A stretch of 64,000 bases of DNA, taken from positions 1 through 64,000 of the forward strand of contig CDMY01000348.1 in NCBI GenBank assembly GCA_001179505.1, given 5' to 3'. Shown here piece after piece: positions 36,257-50,500 of the stretch; within the stretch, counting starts at the first letter, position 1; each line of letters begins with the position of its first letter. The notes under the pieces are model-generated. The model ran no database searches and was not told where the DNA came from. It worked only from the letters and a program-made list of their open reading frames with translations. The DNA comes from Vitrella brassicaformis CCMP3155. Taxonomy: Eukaryota; Protista; Chromerida. Made by a program: the position numbers and the translations under genes.

Positions 36257-39200
36257 ATGCCTTGTGACAGACTCCCGCCAGTCGCGGTGACTGCAGCTCT
36301 CGGCCGTCGGACGACGCTCGTCGTCGCATCATCAGATGGACAAGCGCAGCTCTTTTTGTGGCCTGCCGGGGCAAGCCCGACGGCGCCGCTGCCGCACTTT
36401 CGCCGGTACATGTGTCAACAGGTGAGTAAAGAAGGAGTCAGTGACAAAGATGGCTGTGCAAATGGTGTGTATACAGGTCTCGTGCGGCGACAATCATGCA
36501 CTGGTCGTGGTCCAGCGTGGCGGAACTGCATTTCTCTGGTCGCTGCAGCTTTGTGATGGAGATCATCCCAAGCCGTCTCTTGTATGGCTGCCAGAGAATC
36601 AAAAAGCTGCACAAATAGCGTGCGGCGGAGACTACTCATTGGTCGTGACGGATGCTGGTAACCTGTACGCTTGGGGAAATAATGCCTTCGGAAATCTGGG
36701 AACTGTCAGCACAGAGAACGCCACGGCACCGGTCCTGGTGAACTACTTCGTTCGAAGAACAAGGAAGAGACCCGGCGGTAGCGAACTCAGGGACAGAGAG
36801 AGGATAGTGGCCGTAGCCGCTGGAAGCAAGCACTCTTTATGCAGTGCGGAGGACGGGACCGTGTTCTCCTGGTGGGAAGGCACGCATAAGAATACTTTCA
36901 GAGTCATGAACAGAATGGCGTCTCTTTCTTCACTTGTGTTTGCAGGGGCTGTGGCGCCAACGGCAGGCTAGGGCTGGGGCCTGACCTTGAGGGGAGCTTC
37001 TATCCAAGAGAGGTTCCCATGGGACAGACAAGCGGACAGGACGATGACGATGCCGGCTCAGCCACAGAACCAACCTTTTCCCAAGAGAGGGTCAGTCCTT
37101 GTATTGCATAGAATCTTCTCACAGGTATCCGTGTACACGTGTGTATGCGCATGTGATGCAGAGTATAGTGATCGTTCAGGTGTCTGCTGGAGAGGCCCAC
37201 TCAGCTGCGCTGAGTGCGTTAGGGGAGTGCTTCACATGGGGGTGTGCTGCGCATGGGCGTTTGGGTCATGGCGAGGCGTGCGATGTGCCCTTGCCCAAGC
37301 AGGTGGACGCTCTCACTGGCATCACACTCGTACAAGTGCGTCACAAACTAAGAGGGCTACTGTATATATCATGGCAGCTTCTCACTTGCTGCCTTGTCTT
37401 ATGTCAGGTATCTTGTGGGGCCACTCATACATTGTGTCTAACAAGGCAGGGGAAGGTTTGGTCTTTTGGGAGGGCTGTCACCGGAGCTGATGTAGAGCAG
37501 ACGCCTGCACAGGTATTCTGTCCTCTCACACATGTGCTCGCAGGGTGCAATTCTTGACATCCGTTTGAAACGAATTTTCAGATTCTAGAACTGGAACGCG
37601 TCATCCAAGTACACGCCGGCCCTATGCGCTCCTTGGCGTTGACTGATGAAGGAAAAGTAGGATGGAGGGAGAATGATAGGAGAGCACTGGCATGTGGCGT
37701 GTGTTGTGTGTATTGTGATTGGTGTGGCAGTTTTTTTCATGGGGCGGTGTCTCTGCCACTCCTCACGTGATTGAAGGCCTCAAGGCCCACGCCAGCACAC
37801 TGGCTCCACTCCGAGGCTCTGTGGCCACGTGAGCGAGCACAACACCATAGATGCACATGAGTATGTCTACGTTCCTGGAAATCATCTTTCAGTGAAGGAG
37901 AAAGCGCATGTGCTATGAGACGAGACGCGGATGCTCGCAGCGATGAGGTCAGTCACCAGACGTGAGATCTGAAAGTAGGGGCATCCATCTACGATCTATC
38001 AGCCGTGGAGCATCGTCTCTATTGCGTGCGGCGCCATGCACTCGGCCATTGTCACGTATGCAGGGGACATTTGGGTAAGTCATCCCCTATTCAGTCAGCC
38101 CTTCAGAAAACTCCTTAGCCTACAGGTCTTTGGCTCCAACGAGAGGGGCCAGATAGCTCAGCCGTCGGCCATCGATGTCTGGACACCTACTAAGCTGAGC
38201 TTCAAGGCGCCCGTGGCCGCCATAGCTGCCGGTGGCTATCACACTCTCGCACTCACCAAAGCGAGGGAGGTGAGGAAGTCGATGAGAATACACACCGGGC
38301 ATATACATATTGCTACCATTTGTGTGTCCCCATTGGTGACTGCCAGGTGTTCAGGTGAGTGCAAGGCGAGAACCAGAGAGATGTATTCCCATTATCCCAT
38401 ATCTCTTCGCTTCACGTATCAATTTCCTGACAGTTGGGGTTCCGGAGAGTCAGGGCAGGTCAGTCTGGGACAGAAAGACAACGGACGGCGTGTACTGTCA
38501 ACTTACGCTTCCTCAGATAGGGTCGGGGTTGCTCTTTAACGCACCGGAGCCCTTTCATTTGTCCGCTCTCTCTGGTGCGTCAGCTATCGCAGCGGGCGAA
38601 GACAACAGCGCCGCCATAGCGGCCGACGGCCACTTGTGGACGTGGGGCAACAATGAAGGAGGCAAGCTTGGCCAGGGAAAAACAGCTGGTTCGTCCACAC
38701 TGAAAGTCAAGAACCTCACTCATACACGAACGGACAACACGGTCGGTTTCAGGTGTGCAGCTGCTTCCACGAGTGGTCACTCAGATGCCTGGAGTGTGCG
38801 AGTTTGTGTCGCTGGGCCGACATCACACACTCGCCGTCGACAGCGAGGAGGGTCTTTGGTCGTTTGGTGAGGGATGGTTCGGACGTCTCGGCCGAGGCGC
38901 CGCCAGCCCATCGCGGCAGAAGCAAGCGGTGCTTGCAGACAATGAGACAGTACCTGGACGTGTACACTTCCAAGACGATGGTGGGAGTCGGATGGACGTG
39001 AGGTGCGTCAAGTCGGCTTGTGGTGCGTATCATTCGTGCGCCGTCGACAGTGAAGGCCAGCTTTGGATATGGGGAAGGGACAAGGTGAGATTCAAGGAAG
39101 CGGCATGAGGAATGTGCCTGATTTGAGTCTATCGTTCAGTCCGTGTGTGCTTCGAGTCACTTGCTGGAGCCTCGGTAAAGAGAAAATACATTTCATGCAG

Positions 39201-42200
39201 CCGCGTGATGATGTGTGCGTGTCCAGGCTTTTTCAGGCGGTGCACCCCATCCTCAGCGATGGGCGAGACACAGTGAGCTCCAGCATGAATGTAATTACAA
39301 GAGCCAGGCAATAATATTCCGCGTGGCCAGGTGTCCGCGATCGGCAGGGTGACAAATGTTTCATGTGGCGACGAGTACACGGTCATGTGTGGCGAGGGGT
39401 GCGTGCTGTCCCTCGGCCTCAACAACAAGCACCAGTGCGGGCTGGGAAGTGGCGCTCCACAGGTATCTGTTTGTCACCGATCTCAACCGATGTCTTGAAA
39501 CTCCAGATCTTGAATGTGTCTTCAGCTCGTCGAGACGCCTACAGTGATACCCTTGCCGGCGGGTTTCCACCCTACAGCTTCTGCATGTGGCCCTTATCAC
39601 GTCTTGGTGTGTGGCCTGGAAGGAGAGCTCTTTAGGTACGCATGTACGAACAAAACTGATCACGGGTATCGCAGAGACGACGAGGTGTCCTGATTCAGCT
39701 GGGGCGACAATTGCTGCGGTCGATTAGGCCGGGGAGCTGCAAAGCGAAGAGCTGATGGACGGATGTTGACGGATGTTGAGGAGACACCTAAGGAGGGAAT
39801 TGATGCAGACGTGGCTCGTGCCCAAGAGGATCGGCCGAGTGGTGTGCCGCACAGGGTCGTGAACAAGTGGAGAGGCGATGGCGAGGGGTCACCCGATATG
39901 TCGCCGAGCAGGCCTCTAGAAGGCATGCGAACACCCACGCCAGCAAGTCAGTCGTCAGTCCATTCCGTCATCGAGGGGATATGCACTTACCGGGCTTCTC
40001 TCTCACATATAAGTTCAGGCTCCGCTGCGGAGGACGGAGAGGGAGGTGTTGTGCATACAAACTGGCGAGAAATACAGGTATACTTCTGACGAGTCAACCA
40101 TGGCATCCCACCATTTCTCGATGAGTCTCTCGTTTTGCCAGAGGATACTCCAGCGGCAGTCGGCAGAGACGAGCGTGGAAGGCCTGAGAGACGCCGAAAA
40201 TGGGCTGAGGCGCGACCTTGCTGAGCTGAATTCGAGAATAAAGGAGGCATCCGCGCATCGTGCACATCTGCAGAAGGTGTCTCTGCTCTGTGCTTGGAGC
40301 AACAGAGACGATCGATGCTTGACTCAGTGCACTTTGCCGTTCTGCAGGTATCCATGAGCATCGAAGAGAGCCTGTGTCGGACAGGTGAGCCTGCTGTGCG
40401 GACAGCTGTCTGCACAGCACCCGCGTGTTCCGCTTTTCACTTCAGCGAAGCTATTGAACATCCCCTTGCCGGGACATAACAAAGACAAGACCCACCCGGT
40501 GGTGCTGCGCAGCCTCAGCCAGCTGCACCCCATCTTGTGGACACTCCAGAGACAGGTACGAATGTGTGCAACCGGGCGTGTGAGTGAGACAGATGGACCA
40601 ATTGAATTACAGCTTTCTTCTTTCTTCCTGGGTGTATCTTATGAGTACAGCCTCTCTACATGAAAGTGCTTAGTAACGCCGTAGTCGACTCATCCAACGC
40701 GGCCGCCCGAGGCACATTCAATCGCACGGCTGACTCGGTGAGCAGGAGCACTGAGCGTTGTAAGTGCTTCCGTCTCATTTGGCATAATCGGCAGTTGTTC
40801 CGTGACCTTGAAGACCCCTTCATCTGCTTCCGCTACTTGTCGCTGGCCAAAATGATGGCACAAGCAGAGATATCTCTGCTGGCGGAGCGCGGCCGACTCG
40901 CCTCGTTGTTCAGACCGCCTGACAGCCTCCTACTCGACGCGTTGAGTGGCATGGCGTTGAAGGTGATGACGGAAAACAATGAAGAAAAATTCATCAGTTT
41001 TCTTTTCCTTTGTCAGCTGTGTTTGTCGACGGGCTGTCTCTCCGGCTTCGCTTCCTGGCTCGCGAAAGCCCCCGCTACAGAGGAGGGGGAGGATGCCTCT
41101 CCTCCTGCGCTCTTCGCCTTCTCTCTGCAGCAGCTTGCAACACATGTGCGTTCGCCAACATTAAGATGCCGTTGTAGCTGTTGACTGTTGCTGTGTCTCT
41201 TTCTGTCCTTCTTCTGTCTTCAGCTACGGAAAGAGATCACGCCGGATACCGAGCCAAAACTGCGTGCACGGCTTGCCATCGGACGTGAATCTTTCAGAGA
41301 CTCCATGAAGGGCTTCATGGACCCCTTGCGACGAATGCGGCTGCCGAGACCCCTCAGAATTCTTCTGTTTCACATATGGGTCTGTGAATACTGTGTCTGG
41401 TGACACGCACAAATGTCTGAGCTCATTTCTGCCGCCTGCATGATTTCAGGAGTCACTGGAGAGCCCATCACTGGAGAGCACACAAGAGCTGCCCACTGTG
41501 CCATGTCTACGGGTGTCGGCGGACAGAATCGGCAAGGGCGCCGACGCTGACCTGCTGGCAAGGAAGCGACACGTCGAGAATGGGAGAGTTCTCGTCGACC
41601 TGTCGTCACTTTGGCCCATAGCGAAACTCTTCTTTCACGGCGTGCTGATTCCGTTTATGTCGGCCCCTGCCACGGTCAGTGGCATCCCGAGCAACAGAGA
41701 AGACGCCGCCTTCACATTCAACTGCAAGCAGGTCAGGTCGTACCTGTGACTTCAAGCGTACGTAGAATGATATATGTCGGCACTTGTGCCGCCCTGCAGG
41801 TCTGTGAATTCTTTTGCATGGTGTGTGAAGACTCATTCGACGCATCGCAGAGCATTGAGCGGTAAGATGACCAGTGAATCAGCACTGGTGAGCACCGATG
41901 ATGCATTTGACACATTTCCTTGTTGACACCGCAGGCTTCTAGCAGACGAGGTGACGGTGTCGGTGTGTGAGGCCTTGCTCGGGGAGCTGACGGACATCCA
42001 GCCAACAGAACTCGACATCGGCTTGACGCTGTCGCTGTACCAGGACCAGCTGAGACACACCCCAAAGATCGTGACGCTCATGTCGTCAGACGTATGTGGC
42101 TTGATCAACCTGCTCATCCAGACGGCAGTTGACGGCCGGTGGCAGCTGAGAAGGGAGACAGAGGACCCCCTGCAGCGCCTGGTCGGCCAGCTGAGGCCGA

Positions 42201-43829
42201 TAGAGCCGGATGTACTCCACATCGCGAAGAAAACAGACAGATTCCACAACTTCACACTGAGCGGTGAGCGAGTGTGGTCATGATTGTGCCTGTGGTCATC
42301 ACGAGCCTTCCCTGTGCAGACATCTCGACGTATTCGGATCTCTCGAGCTCAGCAGAGGGGGCCGATGCGGATGACGTCGAGCTGTTGCGCAGCTACAAAG
42401 ATGACGACGCCCACGGTGTTGTCGGTGGGTGACAGGGGGTGGTGCGATGACTGACTTGTGCACAAAGGGTCGATTTCTTTTTCAGGGCCCCTCACCAATT
42501 CCATAGCGGCGTTGGAAAGAGGCCTAGCTATCATGCCGCCTATCAGGCCGATGCGTGACTTTGCGCTGCTGAAATTTGAAGTGGAAGAGGCGGCGGCGAG
42601 GTGAGAGTGATGACGACTCCTTCCCACTTACAAATGGTGACCGACCAATCCACACGTCAGGCTGCTCCGATCACCGTCGCCAAACATTTACGAGGCCACT
42701 ACACTGCAAGAGGCCATTCGGGAGCTCGAGAGTATCAGAGGGGTGCAAAAGACAACATCTCATTTTGTGCTATCCGTTTGCTTACCGATCGGTGCCTTGT
42801 CTGTCAGAGCGACATCACAAGTGAGGACGTCATGCGTGCCATCGAGAGGCGGATCGAGGCAAGAAAGAGACACGCAGAGTACCTCCTAAAGCTGCGGGAA
42901 GCAAAAGCATCGCTCACAGCAGATGTGCAGTTGTTCGAAGGGCAGATGGGCGCCGACAAGGAGTTCATCAAGGCGTACCAGGTCCGTCCTGGCGTACACA
43001 CACAAACAACTATATGTAGACACCCGAATGATGTGAGTGCGTCATGCGTGTCTCTTTCTGCAGGATTGTCTCGCCTTCTCTGATGGCGGCCTGGAGATCG
43101 AGCGAGAGATCCTGCGAAAGGCGAGCGAAGAGGCGGTGATGCTGAAGTTTCCAACACTCAGCAACGCCGTCACGAGACGGCCAAAGCTGGCCGCGTTTCT
43201 CCCGAAAGGCGCTAACCTGCAGCCATCATTCACCTTCCCTCTGGGCTTCCTGGTTAGCAGGGGGGTGGTGGCCCGCCTGAAGAGCTCCGCGGGTGGCGAT
43301 CATTCCCTGTCATTGTCATACGACAATGAGACACGAATGCAGGATATGGACACGGGCCAGGAACAGCACGGGACGGGGACGGCCAGAGGAGACGAACAGC
43401 AAATGTATCGGTAGGGAGATATCGATTCACACGCTGAACGGTGGATGGCGCTGCTCCTTGTTGGCTTTGCAGCTCATTAGTCTTCACCTTCACAAAGAAG
43501 GCCGCTGGCGGCTACGATGTGCAGGTCAGGCAATGGGGAAATGCAGGTTCGAAGTGACTGAGTTCATTCGTTTCTTCATCCATGTAGGTGCTGCATCGTT
43601 CCACGTCCGGCGAGCGAAGTATATGTCACTTCGCCATCGCGTTTGCGGACATCATGTCATTCAAAACGACGCACAAGAACGCACAGGTAGGCCAACGGGC
43701 CGAAATGTCGTGTATTCGGTCAATTCAAACCTGTCTCTGTCTCGTCTGGGGCAGGTCGAATACAGCGATGGCTTTGTAGTCTTCAATTGCTATCCACTGT
43801 TGCGTTTGCTGGTGTCACACGTGGCTTGA
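36257..43829 (+). CDS. RCC1-repeat protein with coiled coil and C-terminal IQGAP/Gap1-type RasGAP + RasGAP_C region; many short introns
   Basis: RCC1 units IACGGDYSLVVTDAGNLYAWGNNAFGNLG, VSAGEAHSAAL...GECFTWG...GRLG, IAAGEDNSAAIAADGHLWTWGNNEGGKLG. GAP-like LAERGRLASLFR, LFFHGVLIPFMSAP; IQGAP-like tail FPLGFLVSRGVV and VVFNCYPLLRLL. Confidence 0.75.
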
Positions 43830-44326
43830 GCAGCATTATTTCAAAGGCACTGTGGCAAGTAGGGCCGTACACGTGGTCGACGGTAGTCCGTGAATGGTGC
43901 GCATGAAGCAGGGACCAAGGACCTTGCGTAGCCCTTGCTTAAGATCGCTGTCTGCGGGCGTGGATGTGACATCTGCACATCGACCTCTAGTAGCAGATAT
44001 CAAAGGAGAGGATTGAATCGATGGCATTCTTGGTTTGGAGGCGAGCATGGTGAGCCATTCATCTCACAGACACGTCCAGCGTCATGCACACGACAACGAT
44101 ATCCATTGACATCACACACATCGTCCGGATCCATCCCATCAGAAGGTGCGTCCATCACTACAACTACCCTCCCTCTGCTGCTTATCTATCAGCTGCCTGT
44201 CTACTCCACCATCCATCCGTCATTCGGCCACGCCTGCAGCAGCTGACGACGATGGGGTGGCCGCTGCCGCAGCAGTAGCAGGACCTACAGACAGGCACAC
44301 AACCATCGAAGGTCCGTTCACACTCA

Positions 44327-46156
44327 TCAAACATTTCTTATGTGTGTTCTCTCGTGACGCTGACCACCACCAGTACCAGCAGAGGGGACAGCTACCAGCT
44401 GGTTCCCAAACAGCAGTTGTACGTCCGTCCCCAACTGCTGACGCACCAGCTGCACCGTCTGCGGGAATCGGGCGGCACCACTCTGGCCCGCCGCAGGACG
44501 CTCCGTCGTGTAGAGGTTGGCGAACACACTGTCGGGGTAGAGGCCGATGATGTGGAGATGTGCCTTGAATGAGTGATCGGGCTGGTCTCCGTGCAGCACT
44601 ATCACGCGGCCTTCATGTTGTCTCATCAGCTGTCCGACCGAGTGGCCCGTGCTGGTTGTGTGAAGCTTGAACCGCTGGAGAGAAAGAGAGACAACATGAG
44701 GGCAGCTCAGCTGGTGAGGCGGTTCGTGTGCGTGGGGCTGGCTGACCAGTCGATTGCAGCGTGTGAGATGCCCTTGCTGGACGACATTGTGGAACGCGAC
44801 GTTCGTTCCTCCATAGCGCAAGCTGATCACACGCAGCATAGCAGAGCGACGCAGCCGGTGTGTATATGTGTCTGTATGAATCTGTTACGTTACTTGTCCA
44901 GCACAACGTCGCGAATCGACGCAAACTCATAATCTGCAGGCATGCAGACATACACACCCGACCATCCGAGATGATCCATCACCAACCCACGTCTCTCCCT
45001 CCTCCTCACCTTGATACACACACACGGGGTTGGCCCGGTCGAATCTATCGCGGCGTCTTCGGGTGGGGATGGTGAGCGGATGCCCGCCCAGCAGCTCCTC
45101 GCCCTTGACGCGCCGCAGCGCCATGCCAAGGTGGCGGCCGATGAGTGAGAGCTGCCGCAGCGCCTCACACCGGCTGTCGTACACCCACCGGCTGCCCACC
45201 CCCTCCACATCGCCACTGTCCAGGTATATCGGCAACTTGCCGCCGCCCCGCCCCTGATGCTTCGCCACCCTAATGATGGGCTCCCAGCCCTCCCACTCGC
45301 CGCTCTTCTGAATGATGTACAGCAGCCGCAGCAGGTGACCGATGGATGCCAGCTCGTAGCTGATGATGCCTTTGAGGCCCTTTGCAGCAAGCTCAGCGTC
45401 GATCTGCGTCTTCACATATGCCACCGACACACGTCGGCTGCCGAGTGCGCAGGTGCTGTGGAGGTGGGACAGGCCGCCGGGGCCGAGCAGAGGGAAAAAG
45501 ACGTCACGCTCTACGTCCGATGGCAGGTCGAATAGGCGAAGCTGCTGGCCCTGCTGAACCGCAAATGGAGGCGGAGTGAGAGGTGTGTGTGTCATCTGTG
45601 TGTCTGTCTGGGTGTGTACCGTGTTGCTGTCATTCTGATCTCGATGCGCACTCTCAACTAATGTAAAACCCTCATGCACCTGGACACACCACAACACACA
45701 CATACATACACGCACACAAGGTGGATCCTTCAGCAGCCACCGGACCAATCGGCACATGAGAACGCCTGCCTACCTGTGGGCCGTGCGGCGATGTCTTGGC
45801 CATGTCCGGCACCACCACAACGAGCTGCTCACGGCGGCCGTCCACCATCTCTTTCTCAGTCATATACACTTTCGTCGCCCCACCGACATCCTCAGTGCGA
45901 GCCATAGCAGCCGTCACCCACTCCTGCTTGCCCTTCTCACGCTTGTTCGTCACCATCCACACACGAGTGCCTTTCTTGTAGCGCTCGTGGGACGACGGCA
46001 ACGTCTGACATGCACATGGATGGATGAAACCAACAAACAACAAACAAACAAACCAGCCATGTGAATGAGTGAGTGAATGAATGGGTGAAACGGATGTACC
46101 TGTTGCTGCGGCAAGTCTGCAGCAGCGGATGACGACGACGCTGCAGCAGCTGCCAT
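44327..46156 (-). CDS. Lineage-expanded hypothetical protein with an F-box-like motif
   Basis: MAAAAASSSSAAADLPQQQ| first exon; LRLFDLPSDVERDVFFPLLGPGGLSHLHSTC; ORFs 45672-46043, 44927-45757 and 44327-44839. Confidence 0.7.
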
Positions 46157-46340
46157 GGCTTGGTCAAATACGACGCACGCCTGACGCACGCCAGAGGATC
46201 AGGCACATCCCTCTCGGCATCCATCCATCCTTCTCGTGCAATCTCCTTGCTCACCGGAGTCACCGGAAGATACGATGAATGTGGCCTCTCAAGTCACCGA
46301 GAAAGCTTCTCATCCCGTGCGCATAGGCAAAGGTGGGCGA

Positions 46341-46349
46341 AAGCTCGCA
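46341..46349 (+). promoter_or_regulatory. RAGCTCGCR motif (AAGCTCGCA)
   Basis: In divergent gap 46157-46448. Confidence 0.5.
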
Positions 46350-46448
46350 CATGTGCGATCGCAAAAAGCGCCGCGAGAAGCATTCAGGAGGGCGAATTGT
46401 TCCCGAGTCGGGTTCTTTGCAATGGTATCGTGTGCCTGAGACGATAGG

Positions 46449-46990
46449 ATGACAGACTCAAGCAGCGCCGCGGCAGCCCCAGCGCTCAAGCAGGTGGCTG
46501 AGGCAGATGACTTGTTCGACAGTGAGGGCCGCCCGAAGGACCCCGAGCCGATGGAGAGGCTGGAGCTGAGAACGGTAGGTACCCGCTGCAGAAGAAGAAG
46601 AGAGAGGCGCGGATTTGTGTGATCGTGGGGCCTCTCTCCTGTGTGTCACGTCGGGCAGGTTGAGCTCTCTGAGGAGCACTGGGGGTATGTAGAGAAGCAT
46701 CCGGAGCTGCGGCAGCTCCTCACTGACTTCCTGGCATCGGTGCTCCTGCACACACCAGTAACTACTAGGCACACAAGCCAGGCATCCGACAGACAAGTGG
46801 GGCTGGCGGATGTTGGTTGCTTGTCTCTGTGTCCGAGCCACAGGAGGACGTGTTTGCGTTTGCCCGTGAGTATTTCTCAGTCTTTGTGCCAAGCGATGAG
46901 CATGAGCAGCCGCCCCAGGTGGCCGACCAGGGCGAGCAGGATGAAGAGCCAACTGCGGACGGCACAGAGGGTGCGGCCGTTTCGTCATGA
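46449..46990 (+). CDS. RIIa dimerisation/docking-domain protein (RIIAD1-like), 3 exons
   Basis: Exons 46449-46574, 46659-46757 and 46844-46990 give YVEKHPELRQLLTDFLASVLLHTP|EDVFAFAREYF. Confidence 0.85.
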
Positions 46991-47502
46991 GCTGCTGCTG
47001 ATTGACCGACGCAGGACTTGCTGTGAGGGTGCGGCTGCTGGTACTGGTACCTGCATCGACCGATGTCTGTTGGACTCGATTGTATGCGAATGGATGGAAG
47101 AAACTGTTGGTTGACAAAGCCTGCCTTTGTGGTTGGTGGTTTGCATCTCTCTGTCTCATGCAGACATCACATCCTTACACGCGCACATGCATTGGCACAT
47201 CCCCTGCTATTGGGGGCAATCACTGGCAGGCAGACAGACAGGCAGGCAGACAGACAGGCAGACAGACAGGCAGGCAGACAGACAGGCTACACTATAATTA
47301 ATTCGTTGTCTAGACCGACACACAAACTTACTCACCTACACACCACTCGCCGATAGATGTAACTTCGTTTGCAGAGCTCGATGCCACGCACACGCATACC
47401 GTCGACTGCTCACATACATAAAAACCAGAGCGGCGCACGACACACACTCCCTCGCTGCCACCCACACACATGTACTAGCTAATTAATTTTCGCTCATGCC
47501 AT

Positions 47503-50500
47503 TCACGCCGTCAGCAGCGCATCAGCGGGCCCCTTGCGCTGTGCATCATCATCACCATGGTGCGGCATCGGCCGCACATCGAGGAGGGCAAGGGCCTTGG
47601 ACTTGACGTCAGCTGGCAGCTTGGTCAGCCCTTGCACCTGACAGACAGACAGACAGACAGAGGAAGGACATCAAATGCACTTGCGCGTGTGTGTGTGGTC
47701 GGTCGCACCTCCTTGATAGCGTTGGGCAGTAGTGTATCGATGGCCTCTTGGACGAGCTGCGGTGCGGTGGCGGGGTTGTATGTGAGTTTGATGCCCTGGA
47801 GGGACAGGGCTATCACACTCTGGTAATCCTCCTCATACACCTGACAACATACACACACACACACACCTCGGAGTCATGCGGCCCAGCGATGGGGAAGAAG
47901 GGAGGGGGGGGGCGTCTTGCTCACCGTGGTGTTGCGGCCCCACTGATTGTCCAGCAGCACCTTGACCTTCTTCGCACGTGACACCCTGAACACACACACA
48001 CACACACACCATGTGCGACCTCTCCGTTTCTCCCTCCCTGTGTGTGCTTGTGGGTCTTACAGTTTTGGGAATCCCCTCCTCAGCAGCGGGGTTGCTGGTG
48101 TGAAGAGGGACGTGATGGCCACAATCATCTCCTCTGTCAGCGGACGCAGGTCGACGAGCTGTGTGTTTGAAGCACACGCACACCCACACAAAGGAAAGAA
48201 GAGACGCCGCAAGTGTGGTGTGCAGCCAGCTTTCCTTCTGTCTCTCTGTCTGTCTATCTGTCTCTCTGTCTGTCTCTTTGTCTGTCTGCAGGTAGGCCGG
48301 CAGGGCTTACGTGTACTGTCAGAGTGAGCGTCTCGCCATCGTACGTCCAGCAGTCAGCCAAGCACCTTTCCCCCAGGTCAGCACGCTCAATCTAAACACA
48401 CAACACACACACACACACTCCTCCTCCTCCCTCTCCCTCCCCTGCCCCGGTCCACCCACCAGTCTGTCGCCGATGGACACGGCCTTTGGCGGCCAAGTGC
48501 CCGCCACGCGGATCTCATACTGCCTCTCAGTCGGCAGGAAGGGCAGGACCGCGGGGCTTTTGGCTGTGCCTGGCGGGGAGATGATGATGGCGTAGCCCTC
48601 AACGCCAGACGAGTAGCTCACGTTGGTGTACGCGAAGGCACCGTCCTCATAGCTGTTCACACAAGGAAGGTCAGAACGACAGACAGAAGGGAATGTGCAT
48701 GGGGTGTCTGTCTGTCTGTCTGTGTGGTGTTGCGTCACGTACCCCTGTGACCATCCGTCGTCCTCATAGACGCCTCCGAATCCCTCCGTGTCGGTCTCGG
48801 TCATGATGCCGCCGGCGTAGAAAGTGAGACCCAGGCAGGACGGCAGCACATTTGACGTGCGTATACTCCTACATAGAGAGAGAGAGAGAGAAATCCAAGG
48901 CAGTGGGGTGGGTGGGTAAGGTGTGGTGCGTGTTGCCAGGAGGTGAGGTACCCTTGAGGCCCTTTGCATTGGCTGTCGGCCCTCATGCCGCCCACCGTGG
49001 GAATGACCTGACCCACGCGAGCGAAGACGGGCATCTCTGAGAGGTCATATGTCCAGGTCAGCTCGGCCGGGCCTTTCACACCGATGCCCCACCCCACCTC
49101 TACACACACACACACACGGCCACGCACACACGGCAGGTCGGCACAAGTGTGGATGAGTGAGTGCATGGCCCCATGCACCCTGACCGTAGAAGATGCTGCT
49201 AGGCGGTATCCATATCTTCTTCTCGGCGAGGCCGGTGGTGTTGTCGACCGGGGCGGTGACGGGCGCCACCAGCATGTCGTCGCCGAAGTAATACTGACCC
49301 TTCCCGTACCTGACAGACAGAGAGGGACAGCATCATGGCAACAGAGGGACAGATCAGCCATCGTGTGTGCTGTGTCTTACTCGTATGCCTTGTCTTCCTG
49401 CGGGTCTTGGTAATACATGGGTCGCAGCAGCGCCAGCCCGTCGTCATAGGCACGGCGGCCTTGCGAGTAGATGTAGGGGACGAGCTCGGCCCGCCTCCTC
49501 ATGAATGTGCGCATGATGTCGTAGTAGGTGTTGGGGTACACCCATATCCTCCGGTCGTTGCCGAACTCCTTGCTGGAGTGGGGCCGCATGCAGGGCGAGA
49601 AGGCGCCCCACTGAATCCAACGCGTGTACATCTCGGCTGGGCACGGCTGCACACACACACACGCACACACACACACACACGCACACACACACACACACGC
49701 ACGCACGCACAGGCAGACGGCAATGCATGTCTGTGGCCCCTGAAGGCGTGTCGCCCGTCTGGCTCACCTTGAGGTGTCCGCCGAGGTCGTGTGACCAGTA
49801 GCTGAATAGCACGTTGGCTGCGGTGAGAGTGAACTGCACCTGGAACTTGAGCGACGCCCAGCTGGGGTTGACGTCGCCACTGAAGCCCAACGCATACCTG
49901 ACAGCCACGGACGGCACGGCCACAGAGAGAGAAACGCAAAGTGAATCAGATGGCCACACGGATTTCTGCCGTGTGTGTGTGTGTGTGGACGTGCCTGTGG
50001 TTGCCGAGCCCGCCCCATCGGCCAAAGAGGATCGGCCGCCGACGCGTCTCGGGAGTACCCGACTCCATACCCTGTACGCGCACAGACACAGACAGACCAT
50101 CATCAATATGTCCTTTCACCGTCCGTGTCTGTGTATGTGAAGGGGGGGGGAGGGGACAGTGCACTGACCGATTTGGAGAAGTGTGGTTTGCTCCAGAACA
50201 GGTGGTTGAGCCAGAAGGTTGGGTTGACATCCGGCTGCTTCATCCAGGTCTCCCCCTGCTGCCAGTCCAGCCACCAGAAATCAACGCCCTCCACCTCCCT
50301 CTTGGCGAGGGTGATGTTGAACTGAGTGAGACAAGGAAAGAAGAATAGGCATATCCACCCATGCACACGAGTGAGTAATGGCCTCTCTTGCAAGCACCGC
50401 TCACCCATGCGAACATGTTGTGTGGGTCGGACGGCTTGAACGGCACGAATTTCCCGGATGCGGGGTCGATCCCCATCTCTGTCGCCACATCGGGATAGGT

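Noticed and set aside
44342-44932. Plus-strand ORFs as a separate gene
   Set aside because: Antisense shadow of the minus-strand family gene.
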